Assembly (NCBI GenBank): GCA_002722615.1
Contig: PBMQ01000007.1
Span: 29,228-93,227, forward strand
Length of the DNA stretch: 64,000 bases
Source: Methanobacteriota archaeon
GTDB taxonomy: Archaea > Thermoplasmatota > Poseidoniia > Poseidoniales > Poseidoniaceae
Direction: 5' to 3'
Shown: positions 44,601 through 52,914 of the stretch, in pieces
Layout of the letters: every line of letters starts with the position of its first letter
Position numbering within the stretch: the first letter of the stretch is position 1
Program-made: the position numbers and the translations under genes
The notes under the pieces: generated by a model
Database searches by the model: none
Told to the model about the DNA's origin: nothing
Seen by the model: only the letters and a program-made list of their open reading frames with translations

Positions 44601-46963
44601 CCGTTGCTTGGCGAGTAACGACAAACACCGATGTTTGTACCTGAATACATCCAATTACCGTCGTATTCAAAGTCAAAGTGTTGGCCAGGACGCCGCGTCC
44701 AATCGCTTCCAACGGTCGTGAGTTGGCTCATGGAGGACCCATCCCAAATAAATCCGCCTTGCTGTGTTCCAATCCAGAGGTCGTTTCCATTGGCTTCCAA
44801 CGCATAGATGTTGTCTGAGGTTAAGATCGAGTTGTCCGAGTTGAGTGGTGTAAGTATCTCTCCCGTCGTCAAATCTTTTCGAGCAACGCCATAGCCCGCC
44901 AGACCCATGTGAAGAACATCTCCAACAACAGCAACAGGAGCATTATCGACACCATTAACGCCGGTTGAACCCCATGCCGCAAGGAAGGAATCATTGGCAA
45001 TATCGTAACGAAGCAGCCCTTCATCTGAGGACCAATAAGCGACTCCTGCATAGGTCGCAACCTGCCCAGTCAACAGGTAGTCAGAAGTTAAGAGAGTTGC
45101 AGAACCTACAGCGGTTGAATCAACATCAGCACGGAAAGCAGCGTATTCCTGAACGAAGAGGATTTGACAGCCAGCAGTCGTTGTACAATCGCCAACTGCT
45201 GCGATATCAACGATGTAATCTGAGTTTGAATTTGGATTGGAACCCGCTGGAATGTTGGTTCGAATTGAACCGTTTTCGATAAGGAATAATCCATCACTGA
45301 GCGTACCCGCAATGATCGTATCTCCAATTACAGCAAGTGACGTAACGGCATCGCCGATATCGATTGGAGAAAGCCATACGGATGCCGCAATGTCAAGACG
45401 ATCAATCTTTTCAGAAAAATATCCTCCTACGTAAAGGATGCCATTATGCTCAAGAGCATCGGTTAACGCCGCATCAGATGGGCCACTGGCTAGAACAATC
45501 TCACGCCCGACTGTACTTTGCATTGAGGCTTCGATGAGAACAATTCGACCACCGTCGGTAGCAACATGCATCATGTCCTGTGGCGCTCTCTCTCCCCCAG
45601 GGGCCCAAGCGAACAGTGCATTGTTGGGGGACTCGCTAAGATTGACGTCGTTGAGTGCGATCGATGAGCCAAATACGCCTGTGGTGAGATTGTACCGCAG
45701 GAGTTGATCGCCACTCATGATGTGAAGTGCATCTTGGTATGCCTTCATTCCCAGAACGGAATTCGATGGTAGCCAATTTGCATCATTCCAAGTCGCAAGC
45801 CAAAACCCAGAGTTCCAGTTGTACCGCGCGAGACCATTGTCTTCGGAAGCAAACAAGAGTTGATTTCCGGCAGTTTCAATCGATGTTACTTCATCACTGT
45901 GGAGGACGTTTGCTGAACTCCAAACAGATAGTGGCTGATTGGTGTTGACATCGTAGCGACCCACACCAGAGTCAGTTGCAGCATACAAAATTCCACCCTC
46001 TTCGTGCAAATCAAAGACTTGTGTAGGACTTGGCCAGTTTGAGGAGGACGAAGATACAACTTGACTCCACGTGTTTGTTGCATCTAGGGTCAGGAGCGTT
46101 CCGTCTGCGGTAGCGATATAAATTCCAGAACCGAGGACGTTGAACAGCTCGATGTCAAATCCAGTATCTGGAAGACCATCGCTGAGGGTTCCATCAACTT
46201 CAGAGATGAGTTTGAACATACCATTTTTGAAGGCGACGTGGATGTTGTTGTTGGGTCCAATTGCAATTCCAGCAATGTCGGAATCGATGTCGTCAAATTC
46301 GTAAACGTCAATGTATGCCGGGTCGTTGTTGGCATCAAGAACGAGAATTGTACGTCCGCTTTGCAGGAACAGTTGTCCGTTGGTTTGGTGCTGAATCGCA
46401 TCAAACAGGGGAACTGCAACCGGTGCAAATGCAGTGATTGGGTCGACAGGAGCAAGCGCTTCGAACGCCAACTCGGTAATTACAGCATCCGAAGGTAATG
46501 TCCATCCAGCACCTGATGCACTGTTCGGAGAAAGCCGGTCAGAATAGGGGTTTGATCCGTCAAAAGAATCAGAGGCGCCAAGCGTCCCAAGCCCTCTCCA
46601 GTCAAACAAATTGACGCCGATGTCGTTTGCAACCAAAAGCGGTTCATCGATCATCAATCCATCAGAGCCATTGACGTGGACTTGGAGTGAGACATTGGAA
46701 ATCTCGGCACCAGGTGCGAACTCAAGTATCCAATCCGCAGTTGCTTGACTTGCTAAGATGGGATCTGAGCCAACGATTGCATCAAGTTGTACCCAACCGG
46801 TATCATTGCTACCAGAGAGGGGCCAAGATACCACATCTTCTGCCTCATGAGCGGATGCGAGTGGAACTCCAGCGAGAGCAACTGACCATGATGCTAACAA
46901 CATCAAGAGGGTGAGGAAAACCGCCTTATTGGGGTCTCTTCGGTTCCCATATCGCTGGCTCAT
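38690..46963 (-). CDS. giant (2757 aa) cell-surface protein: signal peptide, multiple Reg_prop-type beta-propellers, tandem FN3/Ig-like modules, a TM anchor and a 110-aa Pro-rich cytoplasmic tail
   Basis: It has a signal peptide (VFLTLLMLLASWSVALAGVPLASAHEA). Dozens of repeats of the type LPSNxVxxI..DxxG.LWIGTxxGLxRYD occur (e.g. LPSDNIQGFAVSNDLVYVATQNGIGRWNMTANDW), as in two-component-regulator propellers. FN3-like modules come next, then the TM helix LIVAGLIMISLFLLLAIV (nt ~39023-39076). The tail contains PPTINAPPPPPTTP and ends FLDDLL. Confidence 0.85.
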   Translation of the reverse strand: MSQRYGNRRDPNKAVFLTLLMLLASWSVALAGVPLASAHEAEDVVSWPLSGSNDTGWVQLDAIVGSDPILASQATADWILEFAPGAEISNVSLQVHVNGSDGLMIDEPLLVANDIGVNLFDWRGLGTLGASDSFDGSNPYSDRLSPNSASGAGWTLPSDAVITELAFEALAPVDPITAFAPVAVPLFDAIQHQTNGQLFLQSGRTILVLDANNDPAYIDVYEFDDIDSDIAGIAIGPNNNIHVAFKNGMFKLISEVDGTLSDGLPDTGFDIELFNVLGSGIYIATADGTLLTLDATNTWSQVVSSSSSNWPSPTQVFDLHEEGGILYAATDSGVGRYDVNTNQPLSVWSSANVLHSDEVTSIETAGNQLLFASEDNGLARYNWNSGFWLATWNDANWLPSNSVLGMKAYQDALHIMSGDQLLRYNLTTGVFGSSIALNDVNLSESPNNALFAWAPGGERAPQDMMHVATDGGRIVLIEASMQSTVGREIVLASGPSDAALTDALEHNGILYVGGYFSEKIDRLDIAASVWLSPIDIGDAVTSLAVIGDTIIAGTLSDGLFLIENGSIRTNIPAGSNPNSNSDYIVDIAAVGDCTTTAGCQILFVQEYAAFRADVDSTAVGSATLLTSDYLLTGQVATYAGVAYWSSDEGLLRYDIANDSFLAAWGSTGVNGVDNAPVAVVGDVLHMGLAGYGVARKDLTTGEILTPLNSDNSILTSDNIYALEANGNDLWIGTQQGGFIWDGSSMSQLTTVGSDWTRRPGQHFDFEYDGNWMYSGTNIGVCRYSPSNGAIDDCLNVYDGMPNWATYVVGANSTTVFGGTFSGVGLIDKSSFTVDSEWEATASTSSAVIEIIDDIAYIGLTGIGVARWDINNSQWLQTWTEDNVLDGGNEEVTSLIADIRPGYIWIGGQDGFQLLGTANGTEFYDIEKSNSLYSGNGNPYDLTMYGNTMYYHQGTSSDSIYGIDVANFASITPLDAGQEIGENGGDIVGLEIIGDTLLASVVSGQWWNQDGSGGIVQYDLPTSSWNTSILPSGQVDRVTAYESSSGHTWISWGEIGLEVYSPSGTKLGFWDNLEFPIREIIEYDGLILFATEDGVERFNETSFSWESTWTSGNGLPNNMGDWVGELWTDGRHLVVGSATFAGWGGFQRGIVGHLDGATGGWTTFNTGQNGIPNGYPLSMTTCGSSLYIGLFNNNGGVVYMDLNSSSVQGSFTTSVLSNGRVAAIACDTANTLYVGYDADNQGISKYDTSTGTWLSKITAGTNNLPEEPMWLDAMDYANGKLMIGYDDAGGFAIISTLGAISGQASLQRIGTPVTSVKHTGTEWLIGQAGAASGYSRVDKLGTSGLYTAFELPALVSGNVRSMVSDGTKIWVATESPATNGNGGGQGSAGILQGTFNSTGAIEWEEGWSLPFFTSIEDMIMDGTMIYISTSGSGLYTLDSTTGNLQRMTGSIHDSLSGLKLYQSNGVSTLYVGLLGTFSTAAGVQTFDVATQQFGSGQLLSGLPSDNIQGFAVSNDLVYVATQNGIGRWNMTANDWDNPLTTADGLPSSNIEDVKFISNTLYIASASGLTQYIPTTGAISTNTSADGLLGNSVWSIETYSNPTINQGVQLILGHDGAGSERPGATLIDSSTNSVLETHRFDQIPSNYVTSVASDYAGIHIATDVGPMVHYDGLSNEFEDGLASFQLPSWPIYRMSSDGTHLMLMGLNSLAIVEAHTATHSSVKSATVQNPSNVAVGANGFWFVSNAGGVRGWTPAPAFDEMESQSSRYANPLNVGFNSQYIDISNMTHPGYAIDLVSPDAPVALDASIGQPGVHGLLFQTVPLVMTSPVSNAAVWAKSNTLRYDAILELNNSSGVQDSLQLAVNNGQLLNGTRFVPIKLIAPSNGSIEVRLTYDWVRLDTPVEIVDMYDRPDDGGGAITVEWTLVHDPDFSRYLVYVSDQPWTGLPTDIDLVGRIIDKSESIHSRLKADVTTANGVPLVDGIDYYALVVVEYNNGRYGLPSQVFGPVTTSNEVPTPPEWAIAQPLDGGVAGDLETEWARCTALDLLETRIYTSTQPMTNILGLSAETAVLPTEGNTTILNLEPGKPYWLGFTCVDLTNQEDLLNATIIGPVVPVGGVDDGIPPARLENVWAIDTPDDEGGRITVGWDVSDADDCAYYVVFMITGVVFTTTPTSVAGFSESTIVNSCGENSTIVSQLDGLPLGNGLEYYIGVVAYDTWLNSNLNDVEIVTATPIDNSNGAAMPPSRIESIQAYDHPDDDGTAIDVVWSISDAGDFSKYIVWAADKPVDDVGYLWNAFGDDPASCGCVMIDKQWIDEDKNPIELTLNTALYGATQSDEFGPSDTPQLIRPGVELFVTVTVHDLQGNVYTDSLLSASVVPINNFKDTTPPPRLENITLTDRPMDDGSALHLEFEPSTASDVYQYEVYAASWSYTSVGVGADGPNAPIITLDRNPSFPITISALAGDLPVLPGQETWVTVVPVDSAANSLKTDLTVVSAQSVDDGVTDPGNYLPTIEGITLIWVEETNILATWNHTNELSVKGYQIHISSDDFMDISDATYLGETRTVNSFLITEALFSDLSNTSDWFISVTTFDENEVKKSVDAKRIAAVDASGQVSEETTSENNLESLLTTPNLIVAGLIMISLFLLLAIVRGRGARSQKDKEWEIQTATWGISDDSWNTPPTINAPPPPPTTPVQADALFQAADRIERQDIGREQYVSSRPVMNPVRTPVDDSLLNDLDIGTNRQQSNPAIDTSFLDDLL
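39150..41300 (-). repeat. five to six tandem FN3/Ig-like protein modules sharing a P-P-x-R-(L/I)-E...D-x-P-x-D-(D/E)-G-(G)...(V/I)-x-W...Y-x-V-(Y/W/F) signature
   Basis: Examples are VDMYDRPDDGGGAITVEW...FSRYLVYVS (~41215-41265), PPARLENVWAIDTPDDEGGRITVGW...AYYVVFM (~40565-40615), PPSRIESIQAYDHPDDDGTAIDVVW...SKYIVWAA (~40205-40250) and PPPRLENITLTDRPMDDGSALHLEF...YQYEVYAA (~39795-39820). The copies are divergent at the DNA level. Confidence 0.5.
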
Positions 46964-47021
46964 ATAGACAATGCAATCACTTCAGTACATAAAGGCCCTG
47001 TGTGATTGTCACAACAACGCA

Positions 47022-48512
47022 TCATTCCAAATCCGACAATTCGCCTTCTTCGTTCACGAATAGGAGACGAATCGTAGAGGTTCTGCCGGATATTGCAAGT
47101 GGTGAACCAGAGATGGCCACGATGATATCGTTCGGTCGGATTCTTTTCTGCGTATACAATTGCTTCACTGCTTCAGAAACCGTCGAGCGAGCTCGAGTCT
47201 GTTCTTCAACAATCAAACATTCGACACCTGGTAGAATCGTCGTTCTCCGAGCTGCCCGGACACGGTTCGTCATAGCGTAGATTGGAATCCTAGGCCGGTG
47301 CGCCGCCATTAATCGAGCCGCATTCCCGTGTTCGGTTCCGACAATCAGATGTTTAGCATCCGTTTCTCGAGCGATTTCAATTGCTGCACCAGCAATTACA
47401 CGTGTCGAGACAAACGCGGCGAGTGCTGGCGGGTCGGGCAATCCCTTGGTCGATTGTTCAACCGTCTCAGCGATCCGCGCCATGGTTTCAACAGCTTTAA
47501 TCGGATGTTGCCCACTTGCAGTCTCTCCGGAGAGCATCACCGCACTGACGTGTTGACGAATTGCAGTAGCGACATCCGTAACCTCTGCACGTGTTGGGCG
47601 TGCGTGGTTAACCATGCTCTCCAACATTTGGGTGGCCACAACAACTGGGGTGCCGCGTTCAATGCATGCAGATACGATACGTTCCTGAGCGGCTGGGACT
47701 TCTTCCAACGGAATTTCAACACCCAAATCCCCACGAGCAACCATGACCACATCAGCAGATTCTACGATTGCGGTTAAATCTTCAAGAGCGGCAGGGTGTT
47801 CGATTTTTGCAACAATCCACGTGTGCACACCGGCGGCTTCAATTCGTTCTCGAGCAGGAATCAAATCATCAGCACTTCGTACATATGAGACGGCGACAAA
47901 ATCAACATTTTGTGAGAGTGCATGTTCGAGACAATCAAGATCGTGTGGACCTACTGCGGGAAGTTTGACCAACGTTCGTGGAACATTGATTCCTTTCCGT
48001 TCTGTCAGAATTCCACCATCCTCTACCCTGCACCGAACGATTTCACCCTCAAAATCGGGGGCAGAAAGGACTTCCAGTCGAATCAAACCATCCGAGAGTA
48101 GGACAGGGTCTCCTTTCTGGAGGTCCTTGGATAGGCCATCCCACTCAACGGGAAGAGTCTTGACCATCTCGCCTAGAATTGTTGTACTCTGCGGCGGTAA
48201 TCCTTCTGCAAACCCGCAATGCAAGTCAACAAGTTCACCTCGTAGTAACTCGACCTCTCCGTCGAATCGACCAAGTCGAAGTTTCGGACCCGGTAAATCT
48301 GCGAGTAGTCCAATGTGCATACCAGTGTTTTTTTCAGCATCTCGAATGTTTTGAATGGTCTGTTCCTTCCCTGAGAAATCACCGTGGGAATAGTTGAGTC
48401 GTGCGATATTCATACCTGCTTGCATCATGTCAGCAAGCGTGTCAACGTTGTCACTGGCAGGGCCGATGGTTGCAATGATTCGTGAACGCATGTCTCTCCC
48501 TGAATCACCCAT
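47022..48512 (-). CDS. pyk: pyruvate kinase
   Basis: RIIATIGPASDNVDTLADMMQAGMNIARLNYSHGD, IVAKIEHPAAL, MVARGDLGVEIP and ATQMLESM are canonical pyruvate kinase motifs. Confidence 0.9.
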   Translation of the reverse strand: MGDSGRDMRSRIIATIGPASDNVDTLADMMQAGMNIARLNYSHGDFSGKEQTIQNIRDAEKNTGMHIGLLADLPGPKLRLGRFDGEVELLRGELVDLHCGFAEGLPPQSTTILGEMVKTLPVEWDGLSKDLQKGDPVLLSDGLIRLEVLSAPDFEGEIVRCRVEDGGILTERKGINVPRTLVKLPAVGPHDLDCLEHALSQNVDFVAVSYVRSADDLIPARERIEAAGVHTWIVAKIEHPAALEDLTAIVESADVVMVARGDLGVEIPLEEVPAAQERIVSACIERGTPVVVATQMLESMVNHARPTRAEVTDVATAIRQHVSAVMLSGETASGQHPIKAVETMARIAETVEQSTKGLPDPPALAAFVSTRVIAGAAIEIARETDAKHLIVGTEHGNAARLMAAHRPRIPIYAMTNRVRAARRTTILPGVECLIVEEQTRARSTVSEAVKQLYTQKRIRPNDIIVAISGSPLAISGRTSTIRLLFVNEEGELSDLE

Positions 48513-48645
48513 GCTCCGACATCCTCCATAGTCCTTCCACAGAAATCGGAGATGAAGATTAACATTCAGAACCCCAAAAAATGATGAAATAAAGAGCGAA
48601 CACTCAAACCATTGATGCGGTCAAGGTTACGTTGAGGGGAACGAT

Positions 48646-50964
48646 ATGGATGATAAGAAAGACCAACTTCTTCGAAAAGAAGCCCTCGATTACCACGAGA
48701 AATCACCTCAAGGGAAAATCAAGGTCGTACCAACCAAACCACATTCAACGGCCCACGAACTTTCTCTTGCCTATTCTCCCGGTGTTGCATATCCTTGTTT
48801 GGAAATCGCAGAGCGACCTGAGGATGCATATCGGTACACATCGAAAGGAAATCTCGTAGCCGTGATTTCCAACGGAACGGCCGTTCTCGGTCTTGGAAAC
48901 ATTGGTGCACTTGCAAGTAAACCGGTCATGGAAGGGAAGGGATTGCTGCTCAAAACCTTCGCTGATATCGACGTTTTTGACATTGAAATTGATGTTACCG
49001 ATCCCGAAGAATTCATTCAAACCGTGGTCAATATTTCAAAGACTTTTGGAGGCATCAATCTTGAAGACATTAAGGCCCCCGAGTGCTTTGAAATCGAGCG
49101 TAGAATTGCAGAAGCAACAGACATCCCGGTTATGCATGATGACCAACATGGAACCGCAATTATTTCTGGTGCCGCATTACTCAATGCTGCTGAACTACAA
49201 GGGAAGGAACTGAATGAGACTTCGGTGGTTGTTGTGGGTGCTGGAGCCTCAGCCTTCGCTTGTGCTGAACATTATGTTGCATTGGGAGTTGAGCGTTCCA
49301 ACATCAAAATGGTTGACTCACAGGGAATTATCACCAAAGCACGTCTCCACCGCGGAGAATTAAACGAATACAAAGCCAAGTTCGCTGCAGAATGTGAAGA
49401 TGGGCAATTGATTGATGCCATGAAGGGAGCGGATGTCCTTCTTGGCCTTTCCAAAGGCGGTCTTGTTTCGCAGGAGATGGTTGCTGCGATGGCGGACAAA
49501 CCGATTATTTTCGCTCTTGCAAACCCAACTCCTGAAATCATGCCCGAAGAAATACTTGAAGTGCGCAGTGATGCAATCATTGCGACTGGGCGATCCGATT
49601 ATTCCAATCAGGTCAACAATGTTCTCGGATTCCCATACATCTTCCGTGGAGCACTTGACGTCCGTGCTCGTGATATTACTCAAAACATGAAAATGGCAGC
49701 AACAAGAGCGCTCGCGGCATTAGCCAAAGAACCTGTGCCCGACTATATCTCAGCGGCATATGATGGTGCTACGATGGAGTACGGTCCAGAGTACATCATC
49801 CCCAAACCGTTCGATCGACGTGTCCTCATTTGGGAGGCATCAGCAGTTGCACAAGCAGCTGTTGATGAAGGCATTGCGTCAGTAACAAGCGAGGAATTCT
49901 CACTCCAAGCATACAGGGAAGATTTGGAAGCCCGCCTCGGCATGACGTATTCAATCATGCGAAGCATCATCAACCAAGTACGTCGACGAAACAAGCGAAT
50001 TGTGTTCCCAGAGGGTGACAACGAGAAAGTTATTCGCGCTGCTGCCCAACTTGCTGAACAAAAAATATGCAAACCGATTCTCCTCGGTCCAATCGATCGT
50101 ATTGCAAATATGATGGAAGAGATGCATTTCAATTTCGAATATGAGTGTTATGATCCTCGTTTCGATGAACGCAGAAAGGGCGCATATTCTGATGCGCTGT
50201 TTGAACGCAGAAAGAGAAAGGGTGTTACCAAAGCGGATGCAGCAAGACTACTCAAAAGCCGTCCATACTTTGCAAGTCAGATGGTTGAAGCAGGTGATGC
50301 GGATGGCTTCGTCGGCGGTGTAAGCAGAAATTACAGCGACGTTCTTCGCCCAGTCCTGGAAACAATAGGTCCAGCAGAAGATGCACACTGCCTCATTGGT
50401 TGCTACATGGTGACCATCAAAGGAAAGATCCTCTTCCTTGCAGATGCAACGGTCAATGTTTATCCCGACAGCAGAACTCTTGCAGAAATAGCAGTACAGA
50501 CTGCAAAAGTCGCCCGACGATTTGGAGTCGCTCCGAAAGTTGCAATGCTTTCGTTTTCCAACTTTGGAAGTACTCGTGCACAACGAAGCGACCGAATTGA
50601 AGAGGCTGTTGAAATGGCTCGCATTCTCGATCCAACCTTGGTGATTGATGGTCCAATGCAAGCGGACACTGCTCTCGATTCGAACGTTCAGAAAGAGTAT
50701 CCATTCATGGAATTTACAGGTCCTGCAAACATCTTGGTTCTCCCAAATCTCGCTTCGGCGAACATCGTCTACAAGATGCTTGAACAACTCGCAGATGCGG
50801 AAATGACAGGCCCGATTCTTGAGGGGATGAAACATCCTGTGCAATTGGTTGCCCGACAAGATGGAGTCCGCCACATCGTCAACATGGCTGCAATTTGTGT
50901 TGCTGATGCAATGCGGAAGGATTCCTATTGGGAAACATTAGCCAATGATCCATCCAATTCTTGA
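48646..50964 (+). CDS. maeB: NADP-dependent malic enzyme fused to a phosphate-acetyltransferase-like domain (MaeB type)
   Basis: [31 protein letters not shown]...[20 protein letters not shown], the NAD(P) site [11 protein letters not shown], and a ~330-aa PTA-like C-terminal half match MaeB. GAGGGGA at 48634-48640 precedes the ATG. Confidence 0.9.
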   Translation: MDDKKDQLLRKEALDYHEKSPQGKIKVVPTKPHSTAHELSLAYSPGVAYPCLEIAERPEDAYRYTSKGNLVAVISNGTAVLGLGNIGALASKPVMEGKGLLLKTFADIDVFDIEIDVTDPEEFIQTVVNISKTFGGINLEDIKAPECFEIERRIAEATDIPVMHDDQHGTAIISGAALLNAAELQGKELNETSVVVVGAGASAFACAEHYVALGVERSNIKMVDSQGIITKARLHRGELNEYKAKFAAECEDGQLIDAMKGADVLLGLSKGGLVSQEMVAAMADKPIIFALANPTPEIMPEEILEVRSDAIIATGRSDYSNQVNNVLGFPYIFRGALDVRARDITQNMKMAATRALAALAKEPVPDYISAAYDGATMEYGPEYIIPKPFDRRVLIWEASAVAQAAVDEGIASVTSEEFSLQAYREDLEARLGMTYSIMRSIINQVRRRNKRIVFPEGDNEKVIRAAAQLAEQKICKPILLGPIDRIANMMEEMHFNFEYECYDPRFDERRKGAYSDALFERRKRKGVTKADAARLLKSRPYFASQMVEAGDADGFVGGVSRNYSDVLRPVLETIGPAEDAHCLIGCYMVTIKGKILFLADATVNVYPDSRTLAEIAVQTAKVARRFGVAPKVAMLSFSNFGSTRAQRSDRIEEAVEMARILDPTLVIDGPMQADTALDSNVQKEYPFMEFTGPANILVLPNLASANIVYKMLEQLADAEMTGPILEGMKHPVQLVARQDGVRHIVNMAAICVADAMRKDSYWETLANDPSNS

Positions 50965-51788
50965 ACACCTTCCTCGTAAGGAATCGATGGTCGTCTTGGC
51001 CGCCATATTGCTCCAGTAACAAAACCAGCAACAAGGCCGCCGAATAAGAGATTGGCCCATCCATCGATTGCGTACGAACCGAATCCTCGGAATACTGGAA
51101 TCAAAAAGGATGGAACAATCCCAAGTACTGTTGTCCAAACAATCTCAGTTCTCAGGTTGCCGAGAACATCAGCACTCTTCGGCACTCTTCGCACAGGTTC
51201 TGTACGAGGGGGGGAGAGAACAAATCGAATCACTGTATTTGGTAACGGACGGTCGACTGGAATATTCGATGTTGCAAAGGAATCCTGTTTCCGAGGGTGT
51301 ATCTCCACTGCAAGTCGATGATGTTGCAAGGGGCCGTTCGTTTCAATGGGGCGTGGACGACCATCCATCATGCCTCCACGATGGCTGGTTGCAGCAGCAT
51401 CACTTAGGATTTCAACAATGCCGGGTCGAAGTTCGATTTGTGAAAACGCACGGTTCCATTCTGGGAAAGAAGGCAGCCTTACATTCAATGGATGGTCTTC
51501 TTCCATCGATTCAAATGCAGATTCAAGAATCGATTGAAGTGAATCAATTTCGTTGATTGTGAGGCCAGTCATTGGTTCATCATGATTTTCGGGTTGCTCA
51601 TCCTCGCCAAGTAAGCGAGCGATCTGTCCCCTTGTGAGTGGGTTTTTCAGAATGAAAAAGTCCGGTAATCGGACCTCATATCTTGGTCGCTGGCTAGCAT
51701 AAATCCAGCCGCCTTTGTCGCTACCGAGCCATGAACTCCCCGATTCTATAGGGATGAATTCCAAACCCTTGATGTTGATTGATTTCAA
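50925..51788 (-). CDS. membrane-anchored protein with an N-terminal FGE-sulfatase/SUMF1-like domain remnant
   Basis: ...WLGSD...SQRPRYEVRLPDFFILKNPLTRGQ... and ...VRLPSFPEWNRAF... resemble the conserved blocks of the FGE-sulfatase fold (..P.h.V.l..F.i....VT; yRLPTEaEWE.A). Two C-terminal TM helices are present. Its 3' end overlaps the maeB 3' end by 40 nt. Confidence 0.45.
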   Translation of the reverse strand: MKSINIKGLEFIPIESGSSWLGSDKGGWIYASQRPRYEVRLPDFFILKNPLTRGQIARLLGEDEQPENHDEPMTGLTINEIDSLQSILESAFESMEEDHPLNVRLPSFPEWNRAFSQIELRPGIVEILSDAAATSHRGGMMDGRPRPIETNGPLQHHRLAVEIHPRKQDSFATSNIPVDRPLPNTVIRFVLSPPRTEPVRRVPKSADVLGNLRTEIVWTTVLGIVPSFLIPVFRGFGSYAIDGWANLLFGGLVAGFVTGAIWRPRRPSIPYEEGVQELDGSLANVSQ

Positions 51789-51792
51789 AAAA

Positions 51793-52482
51793 TCACTTCA
51801 GTTTTGACTTCATAGCATTGTACCATCTCATACCATGCTCGTGTTCTTCAAGGATCTTGAATTGCTTGAATGGTGAAATCGATCGCATATATCCAAATGC
51901 AGCAAAATCCACAAGATTTGGTTCTTGACCCCCGAAGAAGGAATGACCTTCGAATGTCGAGGTGTATTCTGTTAGCAAATCGTGCCAGAGTTTCTTTGGA
52001 GTACGCCCGTCCTTCTTTACACGTTTGCGAGCAATAATCCCCCACATGACGGGAAAACCTGCCCAAGCGTAGAGTCTTCGGGAAATGAAACCAAACTTCT
52101 CAAGTTTTGAAACTCTCCGAGTCGTACTTAGTGCAGTCCCTAGTGATCCATAGAGAATTGGAATGGTAGCTCTCTTCCACGCCTCATCGATATGAGCGAG
52201 CATGGAATCGTAACGCTCATCACCGCTGTGCTTTGATAGCGTACCATTGTTGTATTTCTTGTCGATATGAACCATAATTGGTGTTGAGTCGACAACGACT
52301 TCACCTTCATCATCGGTAAAAACAGGAACTTTGTTCCATCCGTTCGTAAAGGCAAGGTCTTTTTTCGTCCGCATGGCGTTGACTTGTACTTCCTGAACAT
52401 CGAGGCCGAGATGTTCTACGAGTCCACGAACCTTCCAACAAAACGGACAGGTCTGCAATACATGCAACGTGGCTTGGGACAT
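51793..52482 (-). CDS. glutaredoxin-2 / GST-like (PGES2-like) thiol transferase
   Basis: The N-terminal thioredoxin-fold motif is LHVLQTCPFCWKVRGLVEHLGL. The helical GST-C-like remainder fits, and the length is 229 aa. Confidence 0.65.
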   Translation of the reverse strand: MSQATLHVLQTCPFCWKVRGLVEHLGLDVQEVQVNAMRTKKDLAFTNGWNKVPVFTDDEGEVVVDSTPIMVHIDKKYNNGTLSKHSGDERYDSMLAHIDEAWKRATIPILYGSLGTALSTTRRVSKLEKFGFISRRLYAWAGFPVMWGIIARKRVKKDGRTPKKLWHDLLTEYTSTFEGHSFFGGQEPNLVDFAAFGYMRSISPFKQFKILEEHEHGMRWYNAMKSKLK

Positions 52483-52507
52483 AATACCCCCACCAAATGC
52501 GCCTTAT

Positions 52508-52843
52508 TCAATCCTCGTTAGGCTCCTGTTCAGGTCTCCAGCCAGGTTTCCAGAATTCATCGTTGTCCAACCATTCCATCCATTCATCATCTGCACAAGA
52601 CAGGAGCCGATAAGCACGACTTTCGAGCCCCTCTCGGTTGTATTCCGGAAGGATCCCTTCTGAGTAGGCCTGATGCCAATGAACCTGCATTTGACGAATT
52701 TCCCTTCGCGCTCCTTCAGGGTTGTCAAAATTCATCTCGCAGAGATCACGGAGTTCGGATAACCATTGGCGCGTGTCCTTCCTCAGGGGGTCATCAACAC
52801 GTCGCCTTCGGGTCGTTTTCTTACCAAATGGCCACCAACCCAT
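52508..52843 (-). CDS. hypothetical small Trp-rich acidic protein
   Basis: This 111-aa ORF begins MGWWPFGKKTTRRRR and ends ...DDEWMEWLDNDEFWKPGWRPEQEPNED. It sits first in the minus-strand 52843->50925 gene string. I recognise no family. Confidence 0.4.
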   Translation of the reverse strand: MGWWPFGKKTTRRRRVDDPLRKDTRQWLSELRDLCEMNFDNPEGARREIRQMQVHWHQAYSEGILPEYNREGLESRAYRLLSCADDEWMEWLDNDEFWKPGWRPEQEPNED

Positions 52844-52914
52844 ACAGGTCTTTTGTGGCGCTATGCTTTCATCTTTCGCATGAAGATGAAAAACACCAGT
52901 CCCTTCGGTCAGAT

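Noticed and set aside
38690-46963. Possibility that the giant gene's repeats reflect recent tandem DNA duplication or an assembly artefact
   Set aside because: The repeated protein modules are divergent at the nucleotide level, and I saw no long near-identical DNA repeats by eye. The frame is intact for 8.3 kb.
47743-48354. 203-aa plus-strand ORF inside the pyruvate kinase locus
   Set aside because: It is antisense to an unambiguous pyk gene. Its Ser/Arg/Thr-rich product has no motifs.
48581-48640. Possible C/D-box sRNA in the pyk/maeB divergent intergenic region (aaTGATGAaat...tTGATGCgg...)
   Set aside because: A UGAUGA C-box-like hexamer is present, but there is no CUGA D or D' box at the expected spacing. 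It is more likely just promoter/5'UTR sequence.
50248-50874. 208-aa minus-strand ORF inside maeB
   Set aside because: It is antisense to the PTA-like domain of maeB and has no recognisable features.
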